DNA from: Smithellaceae bacterium
GTDB lineage: Bacteria > Desulfobacterota > Syntrophia > Syntrophales > Smithellaceae
Assembly: GCA_963667845.2 (NCBI GenBank)
Contig: CAXXVL010000002.1
Coordinates: 832,001 to 896,000 of the forward strand
Direction: 5' to 3'
DNA: 64,000 nucleotides
Part shown: positions 62,591-64,000 of the stretch, in pieces
Layout: each line of letters opens with the position of its first letter
How positions within the stretch are numbered: the stretch's first letter is position 1
Position numbers and translations under genes: made by a program
The notes under the pieces: generated by a model
Told to the model about the DNA's origin: nothing
Seen by the model: the letters and a program-made list of their open reading frames with translations, nothing else
Databases searched by the model: none

Positions 62591-63646
62591 GTGTCGCGAA
62601 GAACAGGAATAGTTAAAGATAGCCGCTATTTACAGCATAGCGCCGGGGCATTTCACCCGGAGAGTCCCGAACGCCTGGCGGCTGTTTATGAAATGCTGGA
62701 TAATCCAAACATATCCTGGAAGTATAGCCATATTGAGCCGCGCGAGGCCAGCCGAGAAGAAATCGCTTACGTACACGCATTATCGTATATTGATCGTATC
62801 GCCTGTACGGCCGGCAAAAGCTGCACATTTCTTGACACTGATACCGTTGCAAGTGCGGAAACGTATGAAATTGCCAAACTGGCCGTGGGCGGCGTATGCA
62901 ACGCCGTTGATGCGGTCATGACGGGAGAAGTGGATAATGCTTTTGCGTTTGTGAGGCCGCCGGGCCATCACGCGGGTCCCGCCAACTCCGCCGGTTTCTG
63001 CGTATTTAATAATGTTGCGATCGGTGCGGTCCACGCCATGAAAAAGCATGGTCTCAAAAAGATACTGATCGTCGATTGGGATTTGCATCATGGCGACGGC
63101 ACGCAGAAGATTTTTTATTCCGATCGCCGTGTGCTGTATTTCTCCATGCATCAGTATCCGTTTTATCCCGGTACGGGAGGCCTGCGGGAAATTGGTGAAG
63201 GCGAGGCCGCAGGTTATACGGTGAATGTGCCGCTCCAGCACGGAGCAGTCAACGGGACGTTTATTTCGGCGCTGCGCAGAATTCTGGAGCCGATTGCGTT
63301 GGCCTTTGAGCCGGAATTGATTCTCGTCTCGGCCGGATTTGACATTTACTATCAGGATCCGCTGGGCGGTATGCGCGTCACGCCGGATGGTTTTGCGGCG
63401 ATGGCACGCGAATTGCTAAATATTGCAGACCATTGCTGTTCCGGACGCGTCGTGGCGGTGCTGGAAGGCGGTTATCATGTGCTGGGTCTGACTCGATCAG
63501 TCAAAGCGACCCTGGAAGAGATGTTCGACGAAACGCATTGGACACAGAAAGAGATCGAGGCCATGGAACAGGAAGCCGATGAAGAGAATAAAGAGATTAT
63601 TCAGGCGGTTATAGCCGTCATGCGTCCCTATTGGGACATGCCTTAG
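62591..63646 (+). CDS. Histone deacetylase family protein
   Basis: HPESPERL, RPPGHHA, GFCVFNN, DWDLHHGDGTQ, SAGFD, LEGGY. Confidence 0.96.
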   Translation: MSRRTGIVKDSRYLQHSAGAFHPESPERLAAVYEMLDNPNISWKYSHIEPREASREEIAYVHALSYIDRIACTAGKSCTFLDTDTVASAETYEIAKLAVGGVCNAVDAVMTGEVDNAFAFVRPPGHHAGPANSAGFCVFNNVAIGAVHAMKKHGLKKILIVDWDLHHGDGTQKIFYSDRRVLYFSMHQYPFYPGTGGLREIGEGEAAGYTVNVPLQHGAVNGTFISALRRILEPIALAFEPELILVSAGFDIYYQDPLGGMRVTPDGFAAMARELLNIADHCCSGRVVAVLEGGYHVLGLTRSVKATLEEMFDETHWTQKEIEAMEQEADEENKEIIQAVIAVMRPYWDMP

Positions 63647-63659
63647 GAGGTTTTGAATT

Positions 63660-63947
63660 TTGAAACTAAGCGCTCAGGATGTTGAATATGTCGCTAAGTT
63701 AGCGCGTCTGGAAGTGGCCGAGGCGGAAAAAGAAAAGTTCACCGCCCAGCTCAATGATATTCTCCTTTACATCGACAAGCTCAACGAATTGGATACGACG
63801 GGTGTTGCGCCGATGACCCATGCGATTGCCGTCACCAATGCGTTTCGTGAGGATACAGTAGCGGAATCCCTGGGAACTGAGCGGGCCCTGGCCAATGCGC
63901 CGGATGCGCGAGGAGAGTTTTTCAGAGTTCCCAAGGTTATTGACTGA
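63660..63947 (+). CDS. gatC: Asp/Glu-tRNA amidotransferase subunit C
   Basis: VEYVAKLARL, LNELDT.GV.P, FRED, LANAP, FFRVPKVI; AGGAGG RBS, TTG start. Confidence 0.96.
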   Translation: MKLSAQDVEYVAKLARLEVAEAEKEKFTAQLNDILLYIDKLNELDTTGVAPMTHAIAVTNAFREDTVAESLGTERALANAPDARGEFFRVPKVID

Positions 63948-64000
63948 GGTGCCCTGAGCAAGAATCACACAAGCGTTCAGAAATGATTTGAAGAGAACAA

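Overview
Chromosomal replication-origin region of a bacterium. Protein style, selenoprotein use and repeats suggest an anaerobic Syntrophales-like deltaproteobacterium (inference). The core is a minus-strand run rsmG-parA-parB-dnaA-[oriC]-dnaN-gyrB-gyrA-archease-rtcB, with no recF and no rpmH/rnpA/yidC/mnmE; mnmG lies about 42 kb away on the opposite strand. Housekeeping and metabolic genes surround it: pdxST, hisHF, lutABC, an Mla-like operon, degP, mutM, a PiT transporter, lysA, ybaK, trxC, paaK-like, trmJ-like, an HDAC-family gene and gatC. Most notable items: (1) a five-gene operon (KamA lysine-aminomutase-type radical SAM, two atypical Ddl-like ATP-grasp ligases, a DMT membrane protein, a GNAT) that looks like an uncharacterised beta-amino-acid peptide pathway; (2) an ArsC/Spx-family selenoprotein (UxxC plus SECIS-like hairpin) that the ORF track truncates; (3) an oriC unwinding module whose DnaA boxes follow the variant TTATCAACA; (4) a perfect parS inside a CDS; (5) a KdnB/KdnA-like gene pair; (6) a heavily decayed acyl-CoA synthetase (NDP-forming) pseudogene explaining most of the 20.4-22.6 kb gap; (7) a Walker-A-less MlaF-like ORF with a probable ATT start; (8) a candidate structured sRNA and several small palindromic repeats. 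No CRISPR, rRNA, tRNA, prophage or transposase was seen. All calls come from reading motifs by eye; no searches were run.
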